From the NCBI GenBank assembly GCA_045544675.1, contig JAZPZK010000069.1:89-64088 (forward strand): 64,000 bases of DNA, in the 5' to 3' direction. Under the pieces are notes generated by a model, which saw only the letters and a program-made list of their open reading frames with translations, did not search any database and was not told where the DNA came from. This stretch comes from Acutalibacteraceae bacterium. Lineage in GTDB: Bacteria > Bacillota > Clostridia > Oscillospirales > Acutalibacteraceae. Both the position numbers and the translations under genes were made by a program. This document shows positions 46,577 to 55,142 of the stretch, one piece after another. Positions within the stretch are counted from its first letter, which is position 1, and each line of letters starts with the position of its first letter.

Positions 46577-47335
46577 TCATGTTTTGCTGTTAATCTGATC
46601 TCTGTATTGCTTTGGCGTAAGATCCGTGTGTTTTTTAAAAACCTTTATAAAATAATTGGTATCCGGTATTCCGCAAAGGACGGAAACATCCTGAATCTGA
46701 AGCTTTGTTGTGCGCAAAAGATATTTTCCTCTTTCAATCCGCTTGCTGTTTACAAACTCAGTATAGGTGAGCCCCGTATCTTTTTTAAAAAGAGATGACA
46801 GATAACTTGCATTAACATTGAACTTTTCAGCCATACTGCTTAATGTAAGGCTTTCACTTATGTTTGCATCAATAAGCATAATTATATTCTGAACAAGTGG
46901 CGAATATCCCTTAGACTTATGCTCTTCTACCAATTTACAATAGGAATAAGACATCTCGTTCCATAGGCTTTCGATATCCTTTTCGACTGCACATGTTTCA
47001 ATCATCGAAGCAAATTTTGAGCTAATACCATGTATATAATAGGGATGAACATTACCTACCTCGGCACCCTTTCTGAGAAGGGTATTGAAAATAATCATAT
47101 AGTTTTTAAGATTCCGCATTCGGTCCTGAGTTCTGGCTTCTATGTTACCCATAAAAATTTCTGCAGTGAGCATATCGCGCAAGGCTCTGTAATTACCTTG
47201 AGAAACGGCACGTATCATATCATTTTCCATACTGTAACGCATCTCTATTTCTTTTATCTGCTCATTTCCGCGATTTTCGTCGTAAATATCCAGCGTTGAC
47301 ATCGGATTATATTTGTTTTCAGAATTATAAATCAT
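46577..47335 (-). CDS. AraC family transcriptional regulator
   Basis: C-terminal double HTH (LSSMAEKFNVNASYLSSLFKK..., IQDVSVLCGIPDTNYFIKVFKKHTDLTPKQYR). Confidence 0.9.
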   Translation of the reverse strand: MIYNSENKYNPMSTLDIYDENRGNEQIKEIEMRYSMENDMIRAVSQGNYRALRDMLTAEIFMGNIEARTQDRMRNLKNYMIIFNTLLRKGAEVGNVHPYYIHGISSKFASMIETCAVEKDIESLWNEMSYSYCKLVEEHKSKGYSPLVQNIIMLIDANISESLTLSSMAEKFNVNASYLSSLFKKDTGLTYTEFVNSKRIERGKYLLRTTKLQIQDVSVLCGIPDTNYFIKVFKKHTDLTPKQYRDQINSKT

Positions 47336-47528
47336 AATATCAGCATCCTTTTATTCTTTATAACTATAATGGTATAATTTTAACAAAAATTCAAGATATA
47401 AACAATAAAATTGCTATAAAAAGTAAAAACTTTTCTCACAATAATGAAAATTTTAGTGTAAAATGTGTTTGTTGGATACTGAACAAAATCAGGCTACACA
47501 GGAGAATTAAAATTCGGAGGACAAAATT

Positions 47529-49061
47529 ATGGCTAAAAAAACAAAAGAGTCGCGTCTTGATCAGAACGGCATACGAAAATTCGGTATGCTTGACAAGGTA
47601 GCGTACGCTGCCGGTGATTTCGGATGCAATATGAGCTTTGCACTCAAAGGAACAGTTCAGACTTTCTGGCTGGTGTTTATGACAATGGAAACAGGACTTT
47701 TGTCCGCATTGCTGTTACTCGTTCAGATCTGGGACGCTGTTAACGACCCTCTCATCGGACGTCTTATCGACAACGATAAAAGAAAATACAAAATGGGCAA
47801 ATTCAAGACATACATTTTTGTCGGAGCATGCGGTCTTCTTCTCGGAGGCGCTGCAGTATTCCTTCCCTTCCCCAATGCGCCGGTTGTTGTGAAGGCAGTT
47901 CTTTTCGTTCTCGGCTACATTGTATGGGATGCTTTCTATACAGTTGCTAACGTTCCTTACGGTTCAATGCTTTCACTTATTACTGAGGACAGCGGTGAAC
48001 GTGCACAGCTTTCAACATGGAGAAGCTTGGGCTCAATGTTCGGTAACATTGTTCCTATGATAATTCTTCCTATGCTCATATGGGAAAAGGTTACTTACGA
48101 TGGCACAGGAATGTATCATACCAATCCGCTTACAGGCAAAGCTTATGAAATCGGTGATCCTGTTCTCGATCCTCTCACCGGCAAGCAGCTTGAAAACCTC
48201 CTCGGTGAACGTGTATTCTGGGCAGCACTTATTATGGGCGTTTTAGGCTTCTTTGCTTTCATTTTCATGGTAAAGAAAATCACCATCAGAGTTGATGAAA
48301 ACAGCGTTAAAACAATTGAAGGCGGACAGAAGTTCAATGTTTTACAGGCTTTTGCTAACTTTATGAAAAACCGTCCCGCAGTCGGTGCTACTGTTTCTGC
48401 TATGGGTATGTTCCTTGGTATGCAGTCTGCAACAACAGCCAACACAATTATGTTCGCAACATATTTCAATAAAGCTTCAATGTCGGGTCTTGTTCAGTTA
48501 ATAGGTTTCGCACCCATGTTCCTGTTCTTACCCTTCATCAAGAAGCTTGTTAACAAGTTCGGTAAAAAAGAAGCTTCCGTTGTCGGTACAATCGTATCAG
48601 TTATCGGCGGTATTATCCTTCTTGCTTTCCCCACAGTTGAAAACCGTGATACAGCTCTTCTTATTTATCTTGCCGGCCTTGTTCTTTTCGGAATCGGTAT
48701 GGGCGTTTATACATGTGTATCATGGGCTTGTATGGCAGACGCTATCGATTATAATGAATGGAAATTCGGCACACGTGAAGAAGGAACTGTTTACTCATTA
48801 CATTCGTTCTTCCGTAAGCTTGCTCAGGGCGTTGGTCCTTCAATCGTTCTTCTTGTTATGGGTGCTCTCGGCTATAATTCAGAGCTCGGTACAATCGGTC
48901 AGAGTGCAGAGACATCGCACAATATGTGCTGGCTTGTTGCAGGACTTTACCTCTTCAGTGCTGTAGTTCAGCTCATTGGCATCGCTGTTATCTATAACCT
49001 CGACAAAAAGACTCTTGCAAAAATGCAGGCTGAGCTTGCCGAAAGACACACCGAAGAATAA
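47529..49061 (+). CDS. GPH family glycoside/glucuronide:cation symporter
   Basis: 12-TM MFS with a GPH-type N-terminal motif (DAVNDPLIGRLID). Confidence 0.88.
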   Translation: MAKKTKESRLDQNGIRKFGMLDKVAYAAGDFGCNMSFALKGTVQTFWLVFMTMETGLLSALLLLVQIWDAVNDPLIGRLIDNDKRKYKMGKFKTYIFVGACGLLLGGAAVFLPFPNAPVVVKAVLFVLGYIVWDAFYTVANVPYGSMLSLITEDSGERAQLSTWRSLGSMFGNIVPMIILPMLIWEKVTYDGTGMYHTNPLTGKAYEIGDPVLDPLTGKQLENLLGERVFWAALIMGVLGFFAFIFMVKKITIRVDENSVKTIEGGQKFNVLQAFANFMKNRPAVGATVSAMGMFLGMQSATTANTIMFATYFNKASMSGLVQLIGFAPMFLFLPFIKKLVNKFGKKEASVVGTIVSVIGGIILLAFPTVENRDTALLIYLAGLVLFGIGMGVYTCVSWACMADAIDYNEWKFGTREEGTVYSLHSFFRKLAQGVGPSIVLLVMGALGYNSELGTIGQSAETSHNMCWLVAGLYLFSAVVQLIGIAVIYNLDKKTLAKMQAELAERHTEE

Positions 49062-49076
49062 TTACTTCACAGACCT

Positions 49077-49108
49077 ACAGCCGGTAGTCACCTGCCGGCT
49101 GTTTTTTA
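49077..49108 (+). terminator. Hairpin plus T-run between the transporter and GH2 genes (terminator or attenuator)
   Basis: acagccgg...ccggctgt followed by TTTTT. Confidence 0.6.
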
Positions 49109-49134
49109 GAAAACTATTATAAGGAGCAAAATTT

Positions 49135-51351
49135 ATGAGACAAATTATCAATCTCAACAGAAAATGGTCTTTCACAAAGGACTTTGACAGCATTCCTGCA
49201 GCCATCTGCGATAAATGGAATTTTGTCAATCTCCCCCATTCCTGGAATGCAATCGACGGTCAGGATGGTGACAACGATTACTACAGAGACACCTGCCTTT
49301 ATATGAAGGAAATCAAAAAAGAAGATATTCCTGAAGCAGACAGATACTATCTTGAAATCAGAGGTGCAAATTCATCTGCAGATGTTTATGTAAACGGTAA
49401 AAAGCTCGCTCACCACGACGGTGGCTACAGCACATGGAGAGTTGACATCACAGATGAAATCGGCATATCAACCATGATTGCAATTACAGTTGACAACAGC
49501 GCAAACGATTATGTATACCCTCAGATGGCTGACTTCACCTTCTATGGAGGTCTTTACAGAGATGTTAATCTTATCTGCGTAAACGAAAGCCATTTTGACC
49601 TTGATTATTACGGAGGTCCCGGCATCAGAGTTACACCTTCAGCCGACGGAAAGGTTGAAATCGAAACCTATCTTACTAACTCAAAGGATGGTTACAAGGT
49701 AGCATATACCGTTAAGGATGCTGACGGAAATACCGTTGCAGAGACTACAGGCGACACATCCGTGAGCCTTTGCATTGAGAATCCTCATCTCTGGCACGGC
49801 AGAAAGGATCCTTATCTTTACACCGCAGAAGCAAAGCTTATTGACGGCGACAAGACTCTTGACAATGTCAGCGCTCGTTTTGGTATCAGAAGCTTCGAAA
49901 TCGACCCTGAGAGAGGTTTTATTCTTAACGGTGAAGAATATCCCCTTCGCGGTGTGTCACGTCATCAGGATCGCTGGGGCTTCGGTAATGCACTTCTCCC
50001 CGAGCATCACGAAGAAGATATGGATCTTATCTGCGAAGTGGGTGCTACAACAATTCGTCTTGCACACTATCAGCACGATCAGTATTTCTATGATCTTTGT
50101 GACGAGCGCGGTATGGTTATCTGGGCTGAAATTCCATATATTTCAAAGCACCTTCCCAACGGACGTGCTAACACCGTTTCACAGATGAAGGAGCTTATCA
50201 CTCAGAACTACAATCATCCTTCAATAGTTGTATGGGGTCTTTCAAACGAAATCAGTATGAACGGAACCGATGCTGACCTTCTCGAAAACCACAATATCCT
50301 TAATGATCTATGCCACGAAATGGACAAAACAAGACTTACTACCATGGCTTGTGTTTCAATGTGCGACATCAATGATCCATACGTGCAGATACCCGATACA
50401 GTTTCATACAACCACTATTTCGGATGGTACGGTGGCGAAACCTCAATGAACGGTCCCTGGTTCGACAATTTCCACAAGACCTTCCCCAACATCCCAATCG
50501 GATGCAGCGAATACGGATGCGAGGCTCTCGACTGGCATACTTCAAATCCCACTCAGGGCGACTATACTGAAGAGTATCAGTCATACTACCACGAAGAGCT
50601 TATCAAGCAGCTTTTCACAAGAAAATATATGTGGGCAACTCACGTGTGGAATATGTTTGACTTCGGCGCAGATGCAAGAAACGAAGGCGGCGAAAACGGA
50701 CAGAACCACAAGGGACTTGTTACCTTCGACAGAAAATATAAAAAGGATTCCTTCTACGCATATAAAGCATGGCTTTCGGACGAGCCCTTCGTACACATCT
50801 GCGCAAAGAGATACGTTGACAGAGTTGAAGATGTAACTAAGATAACTGTATATTCAAATCAGCCCGAGGTTGAGCTTTTTGCAAACGGAAAAAGCCTCGG
50901 CAAGCAGACTTCTGACGTGCACTTCTTCTATTTTGATGTACCCAATGCAGGAGAAACCGTGCTTACTGCAAAAGCAGGATGCTGCACAGACGAAAGCTTC
51001 ATCCGTAAGGTTGATACATTCAATGAAAGCTACAGATTAAAGGAAAAAGGGGCAATACTCAACTGGTTTGACATAACCGAGGTTGAAGGTTATCTGTCAC
51101 TTAACGATAAGATGAGCGACGTGCTCAGAACACCTGAGGGGGCTGCACTTTTCAAGGGTATGATGGCTCAGGCAGGTATCGGTGCAGGCACAGATGTTAT
51201 GGGCTTTGAAATGAATGAAGGTATGATGAAGATGATGGGAGGCTTTACAGTTATAAGACTCACCTCTCTTCTCGGTATGACCGGCCTTAAAATGACAAAG
51301 GAACAGCTTCTCGGCCTCAACGCTCAGCTTAATAAAATCAAAAAAGTGTAA
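49135..51351 (+). CDS. Glycoside hydrolase family 2 (beta-glucuronidase/beta-galactosidase type)
   Basis: GH2 sugar-binding, Ig-like and TIM domains. WGLSNE acid/base and CSEYGCEA nucleophile regions. N-H-K at 50704-50712. Confidence 0.9.
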   Translation: MRQIINLNRKWSFTKDFDSIPAAICDKWNFVNLPHSWNAIDGQDGDNDYYRDTCLYMKEIKKEDIPEADRYYLEIRGANSSADVYVNGKKLAHHDGGYSTWRVDITDEIGISTMIAITVDNSANDYVYPQMADFTFYGGLYRDVNLICVNESHFDLDYYGGPGIRVTPSADGKVEIETYLTNSKDGYKVAYTVKDADGNTVAETTGDTSVSLCIENPHLWHGRKDPYLYTAEAKLIDGDKTLDNVSARFGIRSFEIDPERGFILNGEEYPLRGVSRHQDRWGFGNALLPEHHEEDMDLICEVGATTIRLAHYQHDQYFYDLCDERGMVIWAEIPYISKHLPNGRANTVSQMKELITQNYNHPSIVVWGLSNEISMNGTDADLLENHNILNDLCHEMDKTRLTTMACVSMCDINDPYVQIPDTVSYNHYFGWYGGETSMNGPWFDNFHKTFPNIPIGCSEYGCEALDWHTSNPTQGDYTEEYQSYYHEELIKQLFTRKYMWATHVWNMFDFGADARNEGGENGQNHKGLVTFDRKYKKDSFYAYKAWLSDEPFVHICAKRYVDRVEDVTKITVYSNQPEVELFANGKSLGKQTSDVHFFYFDVPNAGETVLTAKAGCCTDESFIRKVDTFNESYRLKEKGAILNWFDITEVEGYLSLNDKMSDVLRTPEGAALFKGMMAQAGIGAGTDVMGFEMNEGMMKMMGGFTVIRLTSLLGMTGLKMTKEQLLGLNAQLNKIKKV

Positions 51352-51362
51352 GAATAACATCA

Positions 51363-51392
51363 ACGACCACCTGTAAAAGGTGGTCGTTTTTA
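51363..51392. terminator. Bidirectional terminator
   Basis: acgaccacc...ggtggtcgt followed by TTTTT. Confidence 0.8.
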
Positions 51393-51408
51393 TTAGATTT
51401 TTATTTTA

Positions 51409-52494
51409 TTAAGTTAGTAAAGCTATGATTTCTTTAAACTCGGATGTGTTTTTGAAGTCATCGGAAAGAGAATAGTTTTCTACCGTCTCTTTAAACCAGC
51501 TTTTTGCGATAAAGTTACTGCCGAGCTCGTGCTTATCAAATTTTTTACCTTCAAAAAGAGTTGAATGCATAGTTGTGATTCTTGGAAGATTATCAAATTT
51601 TATCGCAAGCTCAGCACCTTTTTTAAGATTGTATAGCGCTTTTTCATTTTCACCTTTCTTGTAATAAAAATAGCCGAGCATTCCGTGACAACGGCTTATA
51701 ACAGTTCTCCACATTTTACCGTAGTTGCCGTCTTCATAAACACTGTCAAAAAACTCTTTAGTTTTTTCGGTTGAAATTATTTGGTAATCAAGACTGAATT
51801 TGTCTGTTAAATAATAATCTGAAATCGTACAGTAAAACAGAAACAGCTGTTCCTCTATTGCTTCCATAATAATTTCATCAGCTTTTGGATGATTATGCAA
51901 TCGGTAACAATAGCAATAATTTTCTCTGCCATCTCTCATAAGAGGCATTTCTCTTATAATAGGCTCGTAATCATCAAAGGTTACCTTGGGATTTTCTTTA
52001 CAGGACAGGCCGCTCATAAACCATATGTAATATCTTTTAGCACAGATACGAATGGCATCATTGGTACAGCTGTTTTGTATATGATTATAAACAGATATAA
52101 TTTCAGGTGAATTCTTTTCAAGATTATCCCAACCGTCATAAAAAATTAGATAACCCATCCATCTAAGCAGAACCCGGAAATCAGCAGGATATTTTTCCTT
52201 CAAAGGTTTTATATTCTTCGATATAAGTGTTTCATCAGTAAGGTTATCGTATTCATCGAGTAACTTTTTTAATTCATCTTCATTTTCCGCTTTATCAACA
52301 CCCAGTAAAGTGTCAACACTTACTTTGAAAAACTGGGCTAACGAAGGAAGAACAGTTATATCAGGATAGGTTTCTCCCCTTTCCCATTTACTGATGGTCT
52401 GAAAAGAAACATTAAGAAAATCAGCGAGCTTTTCTTGTGTAAGATTTCGGCTAAGACGAAGCTTTTTTAAGTTTTCACTAAAATAAATTGTCAT
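51409..52494 (-). CDS. XRE-family HTH regulator with a long helical-repeat C-terminal domain
   Basis: N-terminal LKKLRLSRNLTQEKLADFLNVSFQTISKWERGETYP. GAGGTG RBS 6 nt before the ATG at 52494. Confidence 0.85.
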   Translation of the reverse strand: MTIYFSENLKKLRLSRNLTQEKLADFLNVSFQTISKWERGETYPDITVLPSLAQFFKVSVDTLLGVDKAENEDELKKLLDEYDNLTDETLISKNIKPLKEKYPADFRVLLRWMGYLIFYDGWDNLEKNSPEIISVYNHIQNSCTNDAIRICAKRYYIWFMSGLSCKENPKVTFDDYEPIIREMPLMRDGRENYCYCYRLHNHPKADEIIMEAIEEQLFLFYCTISDYYLTDKFSLDYQIISTEKTKEFFDSVYEDGNYGKMWRTVISRCHGMLGYFYYKKGENEKALYNLKKGAELAIKFDNLPRITTMHSTLFEGKKFDKHELGSNFIAKSWFKETVENYSLSDDFKNTSEFKEIIALLT

Positions 52495-52669
52495 TATTTT
52501 CACCTCAAAAAGTATTTATCAGCGCTGATCTGATTACATAATATCGCAGAAAAGAACAAAATTCAATAACTTGTTTCGGAAAATAAATTCTCTTATTTGT
52601 TGAATTCTTCTACCAATTGATGAAGAAACAGTAACCACTTAGACTTAAGTCTCGCATTGCATTTCTGAC

Positions 52670-52711
52670 AAAAACAACTCAGCAGTCTTCCGACTACTGA
52701 GCTTTGGTGCG
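52670..52711 (-). repeat. 42-nt direct copy of the tRNA-Leu terminator hairpin plus the last bases of tRNA-Leu (identical to 52978-53019)
   Basis: aaaaacaactcagcagtcttccgactactgagctttggtgcg occurs twice, 308 nt apart. Confidence 0.9.
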
Positions 52712-52791
52712 GGTGTTCATAAGGGATTTGTTTTTTAGTGAAGAGTGAATAGTTAATAGTGAAAAAGTAAAAGCTCAAACCCCTAAAGATT

Positions 52792-52816
52792 TGAGCTTTG
52801 GTGCGAGAGACGGGAC
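52792..52816 (-). repeat. 25-nt fragment of the tRNA-Leu(GAG) 3' end, preceded by a different terminator hairpin
   Basis: tgagctttggtgcgagagacgggac is identical to 53006-53030, then diverges. Upstream hairpin is gctcaaa...tttgagc. Confidence 0.85.
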
Positions 52817-53012
52817 ACGTCTTTGCTTCGCAAATCCTGCATCCTTGCCGACCCAATGCTTTGCATTCGGTACCCGGCTTCGGACTTCGAAGCTAAAAAC
52901 AGTCCACAGGACTGTTTTCTTACGCTTCTCACCCTCTTAGGGTTCAAGTCCCTTTATCCCGTTTTGAAAAATAATAAAAAAACAACTCAGCAGTCTTCCG
53001 ACTACTGAGCTT

Positions 53013-53097
53013 TGGTGCGAGAGACGGGACTTGAACCCGTACGAGCTGCCCCACACGCCCCTCAAACGTGCGCGTCTGCCGATTCCGCCACTCTCGC
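53013..53097 (-). tRNA. tRNA-Leu(GAG), 85 nt, long variable arm, encoded CCA (copy A)
   Basis: Acceptor GCGAGAG/CTCTCGC, anticodon loop TTGAGGG, T arm ACGGG-TTCAAGT-CCCGT. Confidence 0.93.
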
Positions 53098-53128
53098 ATA
53101 TTAACTTCACTCTCTCGAGTGCTTGTAT

Positions 53129-53157
53129 ACTATACCACCGAAGAAAGGAAATGTCAA
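53129..53157 (-). promoter_or_regulatory. Sigma-A promoter of tRNA-Leu copy A
   Basis: Minus strand: TTGACA, 17 nt, TATAGT, with an upstream TG. Confidence 0.7.
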
Positions 53158-53223
53158 TACTTTTTTTAAAGATTTTTTATATTTTTTCAAAAAAATCTCC
53201 CTGACTCTGCAGGGAGATAAATT

Positions 53224-55032
53224 TTAAAAATCAACCTTGAATTCAGTGTTAACTGAAGACTGAGTTTCAATCGCACCGGCGCTGAAGAGAACATAATAAT
53301 CATACTCTTCGGGGCTGTAGTAGAAGTATTCATCAGTTACTGTGAGATAACACAGATAACTTTCCTGATCACCCGGAACAATGGAAACATCAAGCTCAGA
53401 TCGGTCTAGTATGGTTGAGCCTAACATTGTACAGAGATATACAGTATTACCCGGCATAGGATTACTGTCGGGTAAATTATTGAGCTCAATAATTATCTCT
53501 GTATCAGTAGGCGTCTGAGGTGTATATATTACATAGTAATCGGTAAGATCATAATACACCCGGCCATTACTGTCAGCCGTACCGGGAGTTGCCTGTGAAG
53601 GTTCGGTTGTAGTCTGAGTAGTTTCATCACCGGTTGTTTCCTGCTCGGTAGTTTCGCTTTCAGTTGTTTCCTCTTCGGTGGTTTCTGCCTCGGTAGTTTC
53701 TTCTTCTGTGGTCTCCTCCTCAGTAGTTTCCTCCTCGGTGGTCTCTTCCTCAGTTGTTTCCTGCTCAGTAGTTTCCTCCTCGGTGGTTTCTTCTGAGTAA
53801 TCTGAAGAAATGGTTGTATCCGAATAATCAGGTGAAAATACTATATCGTCGTCATCACCGCCGCCGAGAACACCGATGAAAACAACCACCAGAGCAATAA
53901 GAATAACAGCAAGGCCGGCTATAAGCAGATACCATTTTTTATAGCTTTTCTCTTCAGGTATATCGTCATCTCTGAAAGCCTCGGCAAAAGCAGCCTTATC
54001 TCTTACAGTTACGCTGTCAGCCCCGTCCGTTCTTCTGGCTTTATTTGCAGTATGAGACGGTACAAAACGGGTGTTTACCGATTCTTCAGGCTCAGCTGTC
54101 ACATTCGGTTGAATAGTAGTAACAGGTGCAGAAGTAAGCACGGTTTTCACATATTCTTCAAGGGCAAGCTTCATTTCAGAGGGAGAATCGTATCTGTCCT
54201 CTGCTTTAAAAGCAGTAGCGTTAAAGATGATGTGCGAAAGTCGGCTGTCTGCATTGGCAGGAGCAGGCAGCATATCGCCGCGAAGTCTTCTGAAGTTTGC
54301 TTTTTCTCTGTCCTCAATTGAAACGGGTGCAGGATAAGCAGGAAGAAAAGGCGCTCTGTTGTTATTAAGCAGTCTGTAAAGAACGATACCGAGAGAATAG
54401 ATATCTGCTGAGATTATCTCCTTTTCCGTACCGGCTTCAGGGGCTGTGTAGGAGCTGAGTCCTTTTTTTATGCGGTATTCACCGTCTATTCCGAATTCGC
54501 CGAGCTTGAAGTTTGATTTTTCGTCAATATAGATGTTTTCAGGCTTTATGTTACGGTGAGTAATTCCGGCAAGTCTGAATGCTTCAAGCGCACTGCATAT
54601 ATCCCAGCCAAGCTTGACAACATCCTTATGTCTGATGCGTTTTTGTTTGATGTAGTCACTCAAGGGTGTAAGATATTCTGTGAGTAAAATTACATAAAAG
54701 CACGATGCCTCTCTGACTATAGTGTAATCCTCAAAGCGGACAATATTTTTATTGTCTCTGAAGCTGTACATCTTACTGATATTTTCACATACTGTTTTTT
54801 CAGCATATTCAAGATATTCCGAAACTGTGGAAAAACGCTCTGAATCAAGAGCTCGGCTGATTTCCTCATTGCTTGCGGGAAATTTTATAACTCTGACAGC
54901 TCTGTTAATCTTTTCGCCGTCTTCAACGCAGAATGCTTTATAAACTATAGAATTATTACCTTCTGCAACTTTTTCTTCTATATACCATTTTTCAAAAAAA
55001 GGTTCAAGGGCCTTGAAATCTCCTGCGGTCAC
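53224..55032 (-). CDS. Membrane-anchored Hanks-type Ser/Thr kinase-like protein, predicted pseudokinase, with an extracellular Thr/Glu repeat linker and a C-terminal domain
   Basis: Kinase fold landmarks are present (VIK, APE, DIYSLG). However, the catalytic loop reads HRNIKPENI, the DFG motif reads EFG, and the Gly-rich loop is degenerate. One TM helix at residues ~375-398. Confidence 0.8.
   Translation of the reverse strand: MTAGDFKALEPFFEKWYIEEKVAEGNNSIVYKAFCVEDGEKINRAVRVIKFPASNEEISRALDSERFSTVSEYLEYAEKTVCENISKMYSFRDNKNIVRFEDYTIVREASCFYVILLTEYLTPLSDYIKQKRIRHKDVVKLGWDICSALEAFRLAGITHRNIKPENIYIDEKSNFKLGEFGIDGEYRIKKGLSSYTAPEAGTEKEIISADIYSLGIVLYRLLNNNRAPFLPAYPAPVSIEDREKANFRRLRGDMLPAPANADSRLSHIIFNATAFKAEDRYDSPSEMKLALEEYVKTVLTSAPVTTIQPNVTAEPEESVNTRFVPSHTANKARRTDGADSVTVRDKAAFAEAFRDDDIPEEKSYKKWYLLIAGLAVILIALVVVFIGVLGGGDDDDIVFSPDYSDTTISSDYSEETTEEETTEQETTEEETTEEETTEEETTEEETTEAETTEEETTESETTEQETTGDETTQTTTEPSQATPGTADSNGRVYYDLTDYYVIYTPQTPTDTEIIIELNNLPDSNPMPGNTVYLCTMLGSTILDRSELDVSIVPGDQESYLCYLTVTDEYFYYSPEEYDYYVLFSAGAIETQSSVNTEFKVDF
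53620..53795 (-). repeat. In-frame tandem 15-nt repeats encoding (E-T-T-E-E)n
   Basis: About 11-12 imperfect copies of ggtggtttcctcctc-type units, read directly. Confidence 0.85.
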
Positions 55033-55099
55033 TCTATCAGCTCCTTTCGTTATTTATTTTTATATAATACCATTTTTAACTTGTTTAGTCAAGTAAAAC

Positions 55100-55138
55100 C
55101 GAAGAACGAAAAGAACCGGACAAAGATGTCCGGTTCTT
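55100..55138 (-). terminator. Terminator after the FAD oxidoreductase gene
   Basis: aagaaccggaca-aaga-tgtccggttctt hairpin. Confidence 0.65.
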
Positions 55139-55142
55139 AGCA

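Noticed and set aside
52593-52856. Track ORF of 87 aa on the minus strand
   Set aside because: It runs across the terminator hairpins and the tRNA-Leu 3' fragments. It is Cys/Phe-rich nonsense with no RBS.
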